A stretch of DNA of 63,987 bases, counting the filler, from Licmophora abbreviata (Eukaryota): NCBI GenBank assembly GCA_900291995.1. It is 17 parts of 17 records of this genome, joined end to end, with 100 filler letters (N's around TTAATTAATTAA, not from the genome) between each part and the next. Parts side by side here need not be neighbours in the genome. Positions count along the whole stretch, not along the records: positions 21,651 to 26,711 come from OLMU01005203.1; positions 26,812 to 29,958 come from OLMU01005204.1; positions 30,059 to 31,322 come from OLMU01005205.1; positions 31,423 to 33,554 come from OLMU01005206.1; positions 33,655 to 34,966 come from OLMU01005207.1; positions 35,067 to 39,492 come from OLMU01005208.1; 11 more parts are not named here. The stretch is one strand, 5' to 3'. This document shows, piece after piece, positions 24,330 to 35,349 of the stretch; within the stretch, counting starts at the first letter, position 1, and the number at the start of each line of letters is the position of its first letter. The notes below the pieces were generated by a model. That model was not told the DNA's origin. It made no database searches and saw nothing but the letters and a program-made list of their open reading frames with translations. The position numbers were made by a program, and so were the translations under genes.

Positions 24330-25500
24330 ATCTGGACGGGACTCTGGCGTACCTGATATCGTACTGCCTCGATGAGGTCGAAGTTCGGCCACGTGGGTTG
24401 CATGTAGCGCTCGCCGAAGCACCGTCCTAGTGGGCCTGCCCCATCGCAACAGATCTCCACACTCCCACGCTCTATTTGGTGAACTTGGCAGAGTAGATTG
24501 ACCAATGTGACCGCGACGACTGTGCAGTACAATCCCCTGGGATGACATTATATCCGTGTATGTGCTCCTCCGACAATGGCAAGTTCAGGACCGTAGCAAT
24601 AAAAGCGGAAGTTCCAAATTGCGTCTTAAAGGAACCATCACAGACAATAATTGCCTCGCCCCGTCGTATCGCCACTGCTATCCTGTCTTCTGCCTCCATG
24701 GCGCATATAGAGAGATCCGATACAGCCCACTGTAGAGAGCTGAGAAGGGATGCAATGGCTGATGCAAGCAAACGCGGGACCGAGGGGGTTATATGGGGAA
24801 GCATGCTGCCAGCATGATATCCTGAATGAGTCCACCAGTCACTGTGCTGTGTGACCTTGGTACGATACACCTGACTGGTTGGGCTACCCGCCGTGCTCGG
24901 GAATGGTCCTTGGTATTTATTCCTCCCCGGGCGTTGTGGGTACCGGTTGTAGTATTCCCAGGTGGACGGTTTGCACCGGTGGTACAGTCTGTCTTCCTCA
25001 GGGTGTAAAAACCAGGGCCACGCCGCCTGAAGGGTTTCGTTCCAGGGCCCAAGCGGAATTGGAAGTGACTGGCTGATCTCTGTGGGACACTCCGAACACG
25101 GATATGAGAGCCTGCCATTGCCATACTCGAGACCAGTCTGGCTGCCGTAGGAATAAGACCTTGTCGTGGCCACACATAAGGTGAATATGCCCACTCATCC
25201 CAATGACCAGCCCAGGCTTCCTTGGTAAGTCTTGTCCCAGCCCCATCCCAGATACTATCTGCCATGGTAACGGCACATAAGTACAGCCGTCAGCCATTGA
25301 GCCGCGCCATTTCCGCTGCCAAATACTGAGTCTTGAACCTCTGGTGCATAAGGAAGCGATCGCCCGTCGGGCAAAGAGTGAGCTGGAAAGTGGCATCTTG
25401 AATCGTCATCCCGTTCTCCCATAAATACCGCCATGTATGTTTGACCCAGCCCTCGGTGACGAGTCCCCCTTACTGGCTGAAATTCTGGCAACTGGGCTTG
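24330..25500 (-). mobile_element. Degenerate non-LTR retrotransposon fragment with RNase H domain (Ambal-like, diatom type)
   Basis: IIVCDGSFK...GTSAF, NVIPG...QS and VEICCDG...FDLIEAVR in broken frames; truncated before the expected C-terminal RNase H motif. Confidence 0.65.
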
Positions 25501-26006
25501 GTTTGCAGCTCGCTAAGAGTCTTGGAATTGGTCCTTGCTTGTTGTTGGAGGAGTTGGAGCCACAGCAGTAGCCGATGGGAAGTTCTCCGCGCCTCCGCTG
25601 ATGATATCTTCCGCCGAAGACATGAATGACCAAATATCTGCCATTGGGGGTCACTCCGAATCTATTCCTTTTGTTGGCCTAGACAGCATGCTGCCTTTTT
25701 GATCTGATTTCTTGATCACAGGCTGGTGACTCTCCTTACGCACCGTCGTACTCTTGCTTTCTTTCACCATGGTGGATTGCTTGATGTGCTTCCTTCACAT
25801 TATTTAACGGACACTTCTATTCTTTTCTAATTTAAGCAATGTGGCTTTCCAAATCACAAAGGCTCGTCCAAATCTGGCTTAAATTGATTTAAAAGTGAGT
25901 GATTGAAGTCTCAACTGGCTGAGTTTTGTGTTTTTGTGCCCATGGCCTATTTTCGGTTCCTTGATTCTGCGCGAGTTTCAGTCCATTTCTTTGGCTGACA
26001 CTTTAC

Positions 26007-26990
26007 TTGAGGTCTCATCCTTTCAGGGAATGGGCGGATCCGAACACCCTGTTTGGCTACATGAGTGTCATTCACTTGGATGAAGAGATCAATGAATATG
26101 CTGTCAAGGCCGGCTTCCCAAATTGGTACTTCACATCCTATAGTCTTTGTCGTGGAATGGTCAATCAGACGGTGTGGAATATGATTCTTGGGGGACAGAC
26201 GCGTGAGGAGGCAACTCGTGTTGTGAAGAACAGAATGCGATGGGCTGTATCCGGAGACACAGTGGAAGACTACCTCACTCCCCTTGGTAAGATTCAACGC
26301 TGTATTTGATTTGTTGTGTTTTGAATGTCTCTTTTTGGTAACTAATGCTTCCATTCCGCCATTTCATAAGTCACACAACGATGCGAGGAGATTGTAGAGG
26401 ACAATCAGGCCAACTTGTTTCCAGATGGGGTTACCAGCATGACCTTGGTGCTGGAGAGGCACCCGGATCTTGCTGGTATCCCCAACTATCTTGTGGGTGC
26501 CAACAACGATGAGCTGCCCGGTCCTTGGCGCAACCGCCGGTTCTGTCATGGAGACGGGCAGCCACCGTGCTTTCTGAACGTTCTCAATCATCTTTGGGCT
26601 GCTGTTGTCCCTCCAAATATGCCTGCAAACTACCTGGCAGGCCTCGCCAATGGGGATAATCTTCTCAATCTGCTTCCCAGTGTTGGCACTAACTTCTTCG
26701 TGACCTTCGGANNNNNNNNNNNNNNNNNNNNNNNNNNNNNNNNNNNNNNNNNNNNTTAATTAATTAANNNNNNNNNNNNNNNNNNNNNNNNNNNNNNNNN
26801 NNNNNNNNNNNGCTATCAGCCACCGCAGCGCCCATCTTGCCTTGTACGAGCTCATCCCTCCTCAAGTTTGGTGTGGGCTTGGGAGCATGAGCTGCGCAGG
26901 CGGAGGAGGAGGTCGAGACGTCATATCTACTACAATGGAGCCCGTTATGATCTCATCAATCTAAGGAGAACTCAGTGTGCATTGCCTTAA
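26007..26990 (+). pseudogene. Tyrosine-recombinase-like gene copy A (C-terminal half, Crypton-like), with intron 26287-26370
   Basis: AGFPNWYFTSYSL(C)RG...RW...TVEDY. Splicing restores YLTPLVTQRCEE. Homologous to copy B down to IYYNG. Confidence 0.65.
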
Positions 26991-27210
26991 TTTTTGTCGG
27001 ATGTTTCCGCGATTGGCCCGGTTGGCATCGCTGTGTTCCCGCGATGCGTACAGATGCCTTGGTTGTTGGAATTGGAGGCTTGGTGATGGAGATATGGCCG
27101 TCAACGTTTTTCCAGTTGGCACTTTCGATTTTTGGCGTCTTACTCACTGCCCCTTGTTACCACTCCTTGTTTCTTTTCAGGCACTTATTTAGTACCCAAT
27201 TCTATATCAT

Positions 27211-29958
27211 CATGTTCACTGCAGGTGGTCGTATTGCTCCTGGTGGTGCTCTACTCCAGAATGCGATGGGACAGACCATGGCATTGGCAGAGGACAAGAC
27301 ATCCATGAGTGGGATTGGTTTGCCCCAAACTCAAAGGTTGCCAGGCTCCGTCAACAATTTGAGAATGCACTGATTCCAGCATTTCTGCAGTTCCAGGTAG
27401 CACAGAATGGCCCAGATGCCAATGATCTCCCGTTCTACCAGGCTGCCGCACTACGTTTGGTTTGCTCTTGGGCATTTTCGTCCAGTGGTATCATTTCCAC
27501 CAGTAAGTAAGCAAGCTGCCCTCTGTAAGTTTGTGTTCCAACTGCTTGCTCTGCATTCATTTTCTCACATCACTCCTTTACGTGCAATGTGCTCCTCCCA
27601 CAGTGATGACGGAGTTGCAAGCATCAACTATTTCTGGGGTGCACCTCTCCGTCATGTCTATGCCCTGTTGGGCAGGTGATTTCCTGGTCTCAATGCATCC
27701 ACATGTCAATCCAGAAGAGGGCGTCAACCTTTTGCTTTGTTAATCCCGTTTCTTGATCCGCATGAAGGACTTCGTGTATGCCAGGCTCGGCAGTCTTGAT
27801 CCTGAGACCACTGTTAGAGTTTGTTTGCTACACCATCACCAGATTAAGAGCTAGCCCTCACTACAACCAGATTGAATATACATTGAGAATTGAGCAAGAT
27901 ACCGTCCCCACAGTGTTTGCTTTGGAGTTTTGAGTCTTGGTGCTGGTAAGTGAGAGTTTTGTACTTTGATATTTTTGTGGTTTCATAGTTGGGATCGTAT
28001 CTTGATAACAACTTGCCTTCTGACTCTATATTTGTTTGCTACACCATCTCCAGATCCAGAGCTAGCCGTCACTGCAATCGGATTGGATATACATTGAGAG
28101 TTGAGCGAGATACAGGCTATCAAAATTGGTTACTTTAGATTCTCATGAGTTCAACTCTGTTTGCTTTTGATTCTATCATGAAGCATCCACTCCTCAACAA
28201 ACTACCTCTTTCCTCTTCTACAGATTACTTGCTAGCATCTGACATTCTTTGTAGGATGGCCACACAAAGTTCTGGAGCTTTTGACATGGTCGCTCAGGCT
28301 TGCCAGGGATCATCCAGCTGTGTTTGATGAACACAAGTCACGCAAGAAGAAGAGGCTTGTGAAGCAGCGCATCAAGGATGATGTGGCTTCTTACTTTCAG
28401 TATCTAGTCGGCCTTGAGGGTGAGGGAGCGGATGAGTGGGCTTGGTGGGAAGCCAGCTCAGAAGAAGGGGCCACCAAGGGTATCAATCATCTACTCTCAT
28501 CTACTCTCTTCATGGCCTTTGAGGTATTTATGAACCACTTCCCCAAACAGCTTGCCCATGCTGGCTCGCCAAAGGACCTTTTCAGAGCTCTGAAAAAGAA
28601 ATCTCCCTCACTTTGCAGTGCAATGGAATACGGAAAGAACATGAGTGTGAACCGGCTACATGACAAGAGTGGTGCGTGGCCCATGTACCGGCTGTGATGC
28701 ACATCCTCTTTGCCGGTGTGTGAATCCCTCTCCTGCTACAGGATATAAACTTGCTGCCTACATCCATGCAAGTCTAGATCTTGGACACAGAGGGATCTCT
28801 TTCCTCCAAAGGATGCCCTCCAAACTTCAACAGCGAGATGGGAGCTGGTGGGCCCAAGCTCCAAGCTCCAAACAAATCATCAACCAGAACTTTGAGTATG
28901 CTCCTCTGTCGGCGGACACTGTCTATTGGCTGGAGAAGTATCTTGTGTCAAAACCATTCTCAGATCTTGAGAGTCCCAACAACCTGTTTGCCATCTCATC
29001 CATTGAGTCTCTTGATAGGGACTTAAGCCGGCTTTGCATCTGGGCAGGTTACCCAAAGGCTTACTTCAGCAGCTACAGCCAGTATGCGAAAGGGATTTGC
29101 GGACACCGTCATTTGTAATGCAATTCTAAGTGGAGTTGGTTGTGCAGAGGCGATGCAAATTGCAAAGGGGCAAGGTGGCTGGAGTTTCAATGCAAACACA
29201 ATCCGTTTCTACATGTCGGAGTTGGTCAACCGTTGCCAGTTGGTCTTTGGCAATCCAGCTTATGTCAATGTCGACTGTTTCAGCACTCATCAGCAGCAAC
29301 CAGATCTCATGGCCATCCCGGATTCCTTGGGCCCGGCTCCGCTGTTTGAGATGCCTCAGTGCTTCCGTCCCAAGAGGATTTGTTCCAATGATGGAGAGCC
29401 TCTTACTTTCGTGAACACCCTACAGGAGATTTGGCGGATGGTTCGTACTCCGGAAGACCAGCTTTTGTTTGCGAATGTAGCGAATGGTGGGATACTTACT
29501 TCGAGGTTGGCAGTGATGGGCACTCGCTTGTGGGACCAGTTCGACGAGCAGATCCATGACACCTGCCTGGGACCAGGCCTGTACCAGTCTAGCTCCCAAT
29601 CCTGACATTGCCGCGCACGTCCGGCAAGCTTGTGCTACACTGTTGAGCATGATTGTGCATTCAGCCTTTCTCACACCAGCTATGGTCCAGCAAGCAAACT
29701 TTCCTGTGCTACCTGGTGGTCATATCTTGGACTTCTGTTTGCTGCCGCGCCTACCAGACGACCATGTTGTCGTTGACCGTCCCAAGTTCAGTGTCTGCAG
29801 CTCCAACACCTCGGATTTGGGAGGTCTCAGGATGCACGCCTTGCGCAGGAGGAATCTCAAAGTCAGGCTCACTATTTACTACAATGGACAAGAATGGGAT
29901 GTGAAGGACTTGACCAATGCACAGTGTGAGTTGTTGAAGAACAATGACAATCCTGAAA
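27211..29958 (+). pseudogene. Tyrosine-recombinase-like gene copy B (Crypton-like), frameshifted
   Basis: LGHRGISF (Arg I), AGYPKAYFSSYS-MRKGF (box II), GGWS and IRFY (Tyr) within 28256-29958; upstream degenerate ORF pieces from 27211. Confidence 0.7.
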
Positions 29959-30210
29959 NNNNNNNNNNNNNNNNNNNNNNNNNNNNNNNNNNNNNNNNNN
30001 NNTTAATTAATTAANNNNNNNNNNNNNNNNNNNNNNNNNNNNNNNNNNNNNNNNNNNNTCGGTGAACAGGAGAATCCACAGGTCGGAACTTGGAATTGGG
30101 CAGCAACACAGCCCTAAGTAGTAGTCTTATGCATTAGTTTAAATTAGTTTGTGTGTCATGTAATGTTGTATCTCATCTTGTATTAACAAATAACTCCTCC
30201 GCCTCCCCCC

Positions 30211-30974
30211 GTGTTCGTATCGAAGCTAAGCCTAGCCTTCCAACATGACAGATCTTCGCAAGCCTTTGGCTTGTGTGTTGTTGCTTTTGAACATGACGAA
30301 TAGTCGCGAGCCTTTGAATGGTGTGTTGGCTGGTGTGTTCGTATCATAGCTAAAGCTAGCTTTCACACATGACAAATAGTTGCGACCTTGGCTTCTGTGT
30401 TGGTGTGTTGGTGTGATAGCTAAGGTTTGCTAACGACCATGACGAATCATCGCAAGCCTTGGCTTCTGTGTTGGTGTGATCGTATCATAGCTAAGGTAAG
30501 CTTTCGACCATGACAAATCGTCGGGAGTCTTGGCTTGTGTGATGGTGCGTTTGTGTGATAGCTCAGGCTAGCTTTTGAACGTGACGAATAGTCGCAAGCC
30601 TTGGCATGTGTGTTGCTGTATTTGTATCATAGCTGAGGCTGGCTTTTTGGTGAGTTCGTGTGATAGCTAAGGCTAGCTTTCGACCATGACAAATAGTCGC
30701 GAGCCTTGGCTTTGTGTGTTGCTGTGTTCGTGTGATAGCTAAGGCTAGCTAACGACCATGACAAATCGTCGCAAGCCTTGGCTTTGTGTGTTGCTGTGTT
30801 CGTGTGATAGCTAAGGCTAGCTAACGACCATGACAAATCATCGCGAGCCTTGGCTTTGTGTGTTGGTGTGTTTGTATCATAGCTAAGGCTAGCTTTCGAA
30901 CGTGACGAATAGTCGCGAGCCTTGGCATGTGTGTTGCTGTGTTCGTATCATAGCTAAGGCTAGCTTTCGAACGC
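30211..30974. repeat. 72-bp tandem repeat array (about 10 units, some truncated)
   Basis: Unit GCTGTGTTCGTGTGATAGCTAAGGCTAGCTAACGACCATGACAAATCGTCGCAAGCCTTGGCTTTGTGTGTT, e.g. starting at 30721 and again at 30793. Confidence 0.95.
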
Positions 30975-30992
30975 GACTATATCCTTGTTCCC

Positions 30993-32570
30993 ATGTCTCC
31001 CAAGAAGAATCCCTACTACTTGACCCCAGCAGCCTCCAAGAGGGCCCCTGCCATTGCCCCTGCGAAGACTGTGACGCCATCCAAGAGGAGGCATCATGAT
31101 TTGGACGAAGAGGACTCGGTTGAGGTTGCTTCTGCGTCTGCTCCAAGAGCTACTGCGACTCGATTCGCAGCTGCAAGTGCTCTAGGTGCCGGTGCTTTGG
31201 TTGTTGCCGGTGGAAATGTGAGGAATCCCATGGCTCTCTCGATGCAAGCGTTCCCTGGGGCCATGCCTTCTCAGAGTTTGGAGCCTGTGTTGAACATGTT
31301 GATGAGCAAGAACCATCTGTTGNNNNNNNNNNNNNNNNNNNNNNNNNNNNNNNNNNNNNNNNNNNNTTAATTAATTAANNNNNNNNNNNNNNNNNNNNNN
31401 NNNNNNNNNNNNNNNNNNNNNNTGTGCCCAAGTCACATTCTTCTTAGTAGTGAGTTCACATACAAAACGTAGCTATGACAAATATTTATGTGATGACTCA
31501 CATCTTGCCCACTTGCAATGTAGTTCAAGTTCTGCTGCCAGGACTCATCCTATGGTCGTTCCTGGGGTTGATACAATTATGTAGTAAGTTTGAAGGGAAA
31601 AAATCTGAACTGGCCTGTCAAGAAGCAGGTCCCTGTGAGAAGTTACAGTCTGAGATAGTCTACAGTTTTGCATTCACAGCAGTCTTGATGAGAGTTTTGT
31701 ACACAGGTATCTTTGTGGCTTTATTTCTTGACAACCATTCACCCTCTGACCATCTTGATTTGATTGTATGCCATCTACAACAGACTCGACTCACAGCTAC
31801 GTGCCAGTGCAATCAGAACCCAAATCCATTGTTGTGCACAGGTATCTTTGTGGCTTCATTTCTCCACAACCATCCTTCCTCTGACCATATCAGTTTGTAT
31901 TGTACGCCATCTACCGGCTCCCAGCTATGCCAGTGCAATCTGATTGAAAACCAAGCTGCAGTCTGAACAAGTTAGCTGAAGCATCCTATAGATTTTGGTG
32001 AGTTTCAATTGTGTGTCTCTCTTGCTCCTAATATGAATTCTCACTCACCAACTGACTCTTCTTCCACTTGTCCAGATTACTTGTTACTACTTTATTGTTT
32101 TTGTTAAGACAGGAAACTCTTTTTTGTAACATGGCCACAAGAAGCCCAGGAGCTTTCGACTTGGTCCTCGGGCTTGCCAGAACTCATCCTGATGTTTTTA
32201 AAGAGCACAAGTCCAGGTAAGAATGTACTTCTAGTACCTAGTTGGCCAGGAGGGCAACCGAGCTGATGAGTGGTCTTGGTGGCAAGAGCACCCACTTGTC
32301 ATCATCCTATGTGTTTATGTCTTTCGGCCCCACTTTCATAAACAATCAAGGCATGCCTCATCCAAACCTTCCCCGTTTAAGTACGGCACCCCCCATCCCC
32401 TCTTCCACTACCACGTATTATACAGATCTTACACACGCCTTGTTCCTCACAAGGGCCCCCAGGCTCCTTTGCGCTAATTCTACCCCAAACTTCAGACTTT
32501 GGAGAAATCAACATTTGACAGGGACATGAGGGGCTCTGTATGGCTGTTGTGGCCCAGTGTTTGCCTGGAC
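30993..32570 (+). pseudogene. Tyrosine-recombinase-like gene copy C (N-terminal part only, degenerate)
   Basis: MATRSPGAFDLVLGLARTHPDVFKEHKSR and GQEGNRADEWSWW match copy B MATQSSGAFDMV..LARDHPAVFDEHKSR and GLEGEGADEWAWW. The upstream DNA is also similar. Confidence 0.6.
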
Positions 32571-33654
32571 GTATCATGTGATGAGTGGAGAGAGAATAGA
32601 ACCCATGATGGCACTGACAGCCAGGCTAAAGGCTCTTAATGAACTGTGGAAAGTCCGGCCAGCTCGAATATGACTTCTTACATGGGTCGGCCGATAGAAA
32701 AACCCGTAGTGAAACACACGTAGATGGATAGGCTTAAAGGGCTCAATCCGTTCTCCCCTTCAAAAAGTCAATACATACTTGACGTCCAGCCAGTGGATAT
32801 ATTGTCCTTGCAGGCTTTCCCTCAGTGCCTAAACAGAAACTATGGAGTGGTAAACAGAAGTTTAATACCTGACGAGCGACTTAAAATGATTAGTCGTGTT
32901 TTCCCTTCAATTTAAATTTCCAGTGGCCTTTATCAATTTGTGAATCTCATAATAGAAAACAATTGCGAATACGTTTCTCATCTCAGGGAAGCTAGTAGCA
33001 CATCCTTTTTTCTCTGTAGCCATTTTGCGAAGTAGCACTTGGATCAATACTTTTCTTGCGAGAGGCTTTGGACAGTAATGCGGGTGAGAGCGTCGCTAGA
33101 AGCATCGTTATTTCTGTAAATTCAGTCGAACACAATTGTCACAGTCACAGTTGAAGCTTTCTGCGTGACTCACTGCTACGTTCTCGCATTTGTTCTCCTC
33201 GTCATATTAAAACCCACCAATAGCCATGGCATTGCCTCTCTTCCTGATAGAAAATGAGGGCTTCTGAGGACTATGCTGCTTGAAACGAAGAAGAAGAATC
33301 AGATGCAACACATCTTTGCACCGGCACTCGTCGTCAAGAGCCTGCCCCCCATCGACGCTGATTTTTCGTCAGGGATAAGGGACGAGTTGCTGACGTACGG
33401 AGGGTTGGACATCTCCCTGCCATCAATTGGGTAACTGTCAAAAACGACCACCAAAGAAGCCCCCAGCAGCTTGACATAAGATTGACGTTTATTGCAAAAG
33501 ATAATCAACGTGAAGATTACTCTTTGTTGTGCCTCTCCCCATGGGCCCATGGGGNNNNNNNNNNNNNNNNNNNNNNNNNNNNNNNNNNNNNNNNNNNNTT
33601 AATTAATTAANNNNNNNNNNNNNNNNNNNNNNNNNNNNNNNNNNNNNNNNNNNN

Positions 33655-34814
33655 CAACAGCCTGGTAGCCTTTTTTGGTAGACAGAGGGAGTACGGTCTG
33701 TGCTGCAGATGTCCTAGAGCCTTGTTTTGTGTTGGCCATCATTGAAGCATGGTCAGTGGGTCACGCCTTGTATGGTACAGTAACAGCAGGGGGGGGGGGA
33801 GTCCTTGACATGTCATATGAGGGCCTCCACATTGCCATGAGCAGGGTTGCTCCTCCATGGCAACAGTAGCCTGCACCAGCAGATCTACCTTTCTTACGTG
33901 TCAGAGCTGACTCCGAACTTGGAATTCAATTTCTTTTTGTCGGATCCGGATCCTCGGAAATGTGACTGTCCTTGGCTTTTTGCAGGGTTTGAGCCCTGGG
34001 ACTGGCTGGACGATCCACTCATTTGTTGGGAGCCAGTGGCGTCCTGAGTTCCTGATGTTGCACTGGCTGCGCCGCCTCCAGGGGCATTATCGTCATTAGC
34101 CATGGTGCTGAACTTTATGGGGTGCTCAACTCGTATTGACGCCACTGATTGTGCGGATGTGCACGTGTTTGGCTGTTACTTTGGTGATAGTGTGGACTCG
34201 GTCTTGTTCAGTCACAGTGCGACGGAAAAGGGGATACTTCCTTTGTAACTCGCACCATATCACCGACTCGGTAAGCCTCAACGCCAGCACGGGCGGAGTC
34301 ACTTGGCCTGGGCAACACGGCACGGAACGCTGGTGCTGTGATTTACATGATGAATAATTAATCCTTCCTGGCTGTACTCTCAATCGTTCCAATGGTCATA
34401 GCATCACGTACGGTGAATGTAGGCGGGAGAGCAGAAAATACTTTGTTGGGGAATCGAATCAATCAATCAATCAATCTGCCAACGAGTTGGTGGCAAATAC
34501 ACGTCTGACCGCCTGTCTTGTTGGCACAAATTCGGGGTTTGACTCTTTAATTGTAAAGCTTGTTTGCCCGTCTTTACTTCGACCTGCCTATTTACAGATG
34601 ATCTGCATTGCAGATGATCTATGTTCTATATCCATACACGAAAGTATATACTTACGGGGAGATACCAAACTAACCCCACCCTGCAGCGGTGCAACCCTAA
34701 GGACTGGGGGTATCAACCCTACGGTCCTTCCGGTATCTAGCATACAGGATTCACTGTCGATGTGAAACCCTACTGTTCGTATGTTCATGTCCTGTTTATA
34801 TATTGAAGATAACA
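33655..34814 (-). mobile_element. Probable 5' part of an LTR retrotransposon relic: LTR-like 34444-34814 plus degenerate gag-like start at 34103
   Basis: 371-bp segment bounded by TGTT...AACA, followed on the minus strand by a leader and a G/S/Q-rich ORF start (MANDDNAPGGG...) that breaks down. Confidence 0.4.
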
Positions 34815-35349
34815 CAGTTCAGGGTGGTGATGGACGGAGGTGCAACAGTGGTTCAACACTTGGTTCGACTTTTGAGGATCGATTCTGAGTTGGGGCTATC
34901 TTTTTGTCGAGTTGATATATGTATGCAGGAACGTATATGGTAGATACATCATCTGTACTAAAGAGGNNNNNNNNNNNNNNNNNNNNNNNNNNNNNNNNNN
35001 NNNNNNNNNNTTAATTAATTAANNNNNNNNNNNNNNNNNNNNNNNNNNNNNNNNNNNNNNNNNNNNACAACGGGTTCGGCGATTGGCCGCTGGCTCGTTG
35101 AACTCCGGGTGACTTGTTACCTCCGGGTGACTAGTTGCTTGGGGTTTCAACAATCTGCAATGCAGATCATCGGTGAATAGTGAATAGGCGAATCATGAAT
35201 CATCTTTACTTTCGTTTGTCTTCCTTGACGACTACTGAGTATCATTTCGGTACGTAGCATCATTTACCTTACTACGAAACCTAGACCACGTATCGTAAGA
35301 AAACCTCGCACACCCACTGGATTCTTTCATTCGAAACCACTTATAGCGG

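Noticed and set aside
30211..30974. CRISPR-like array
   Set aside because: Units repeat over their whole 72-bp length with no unique spacers, there are no cas genes, and the context is eukaryotic.
32700..33554. Short ORFs after YR copy C
   Set aside because: Fragmented, with no assignable homology.
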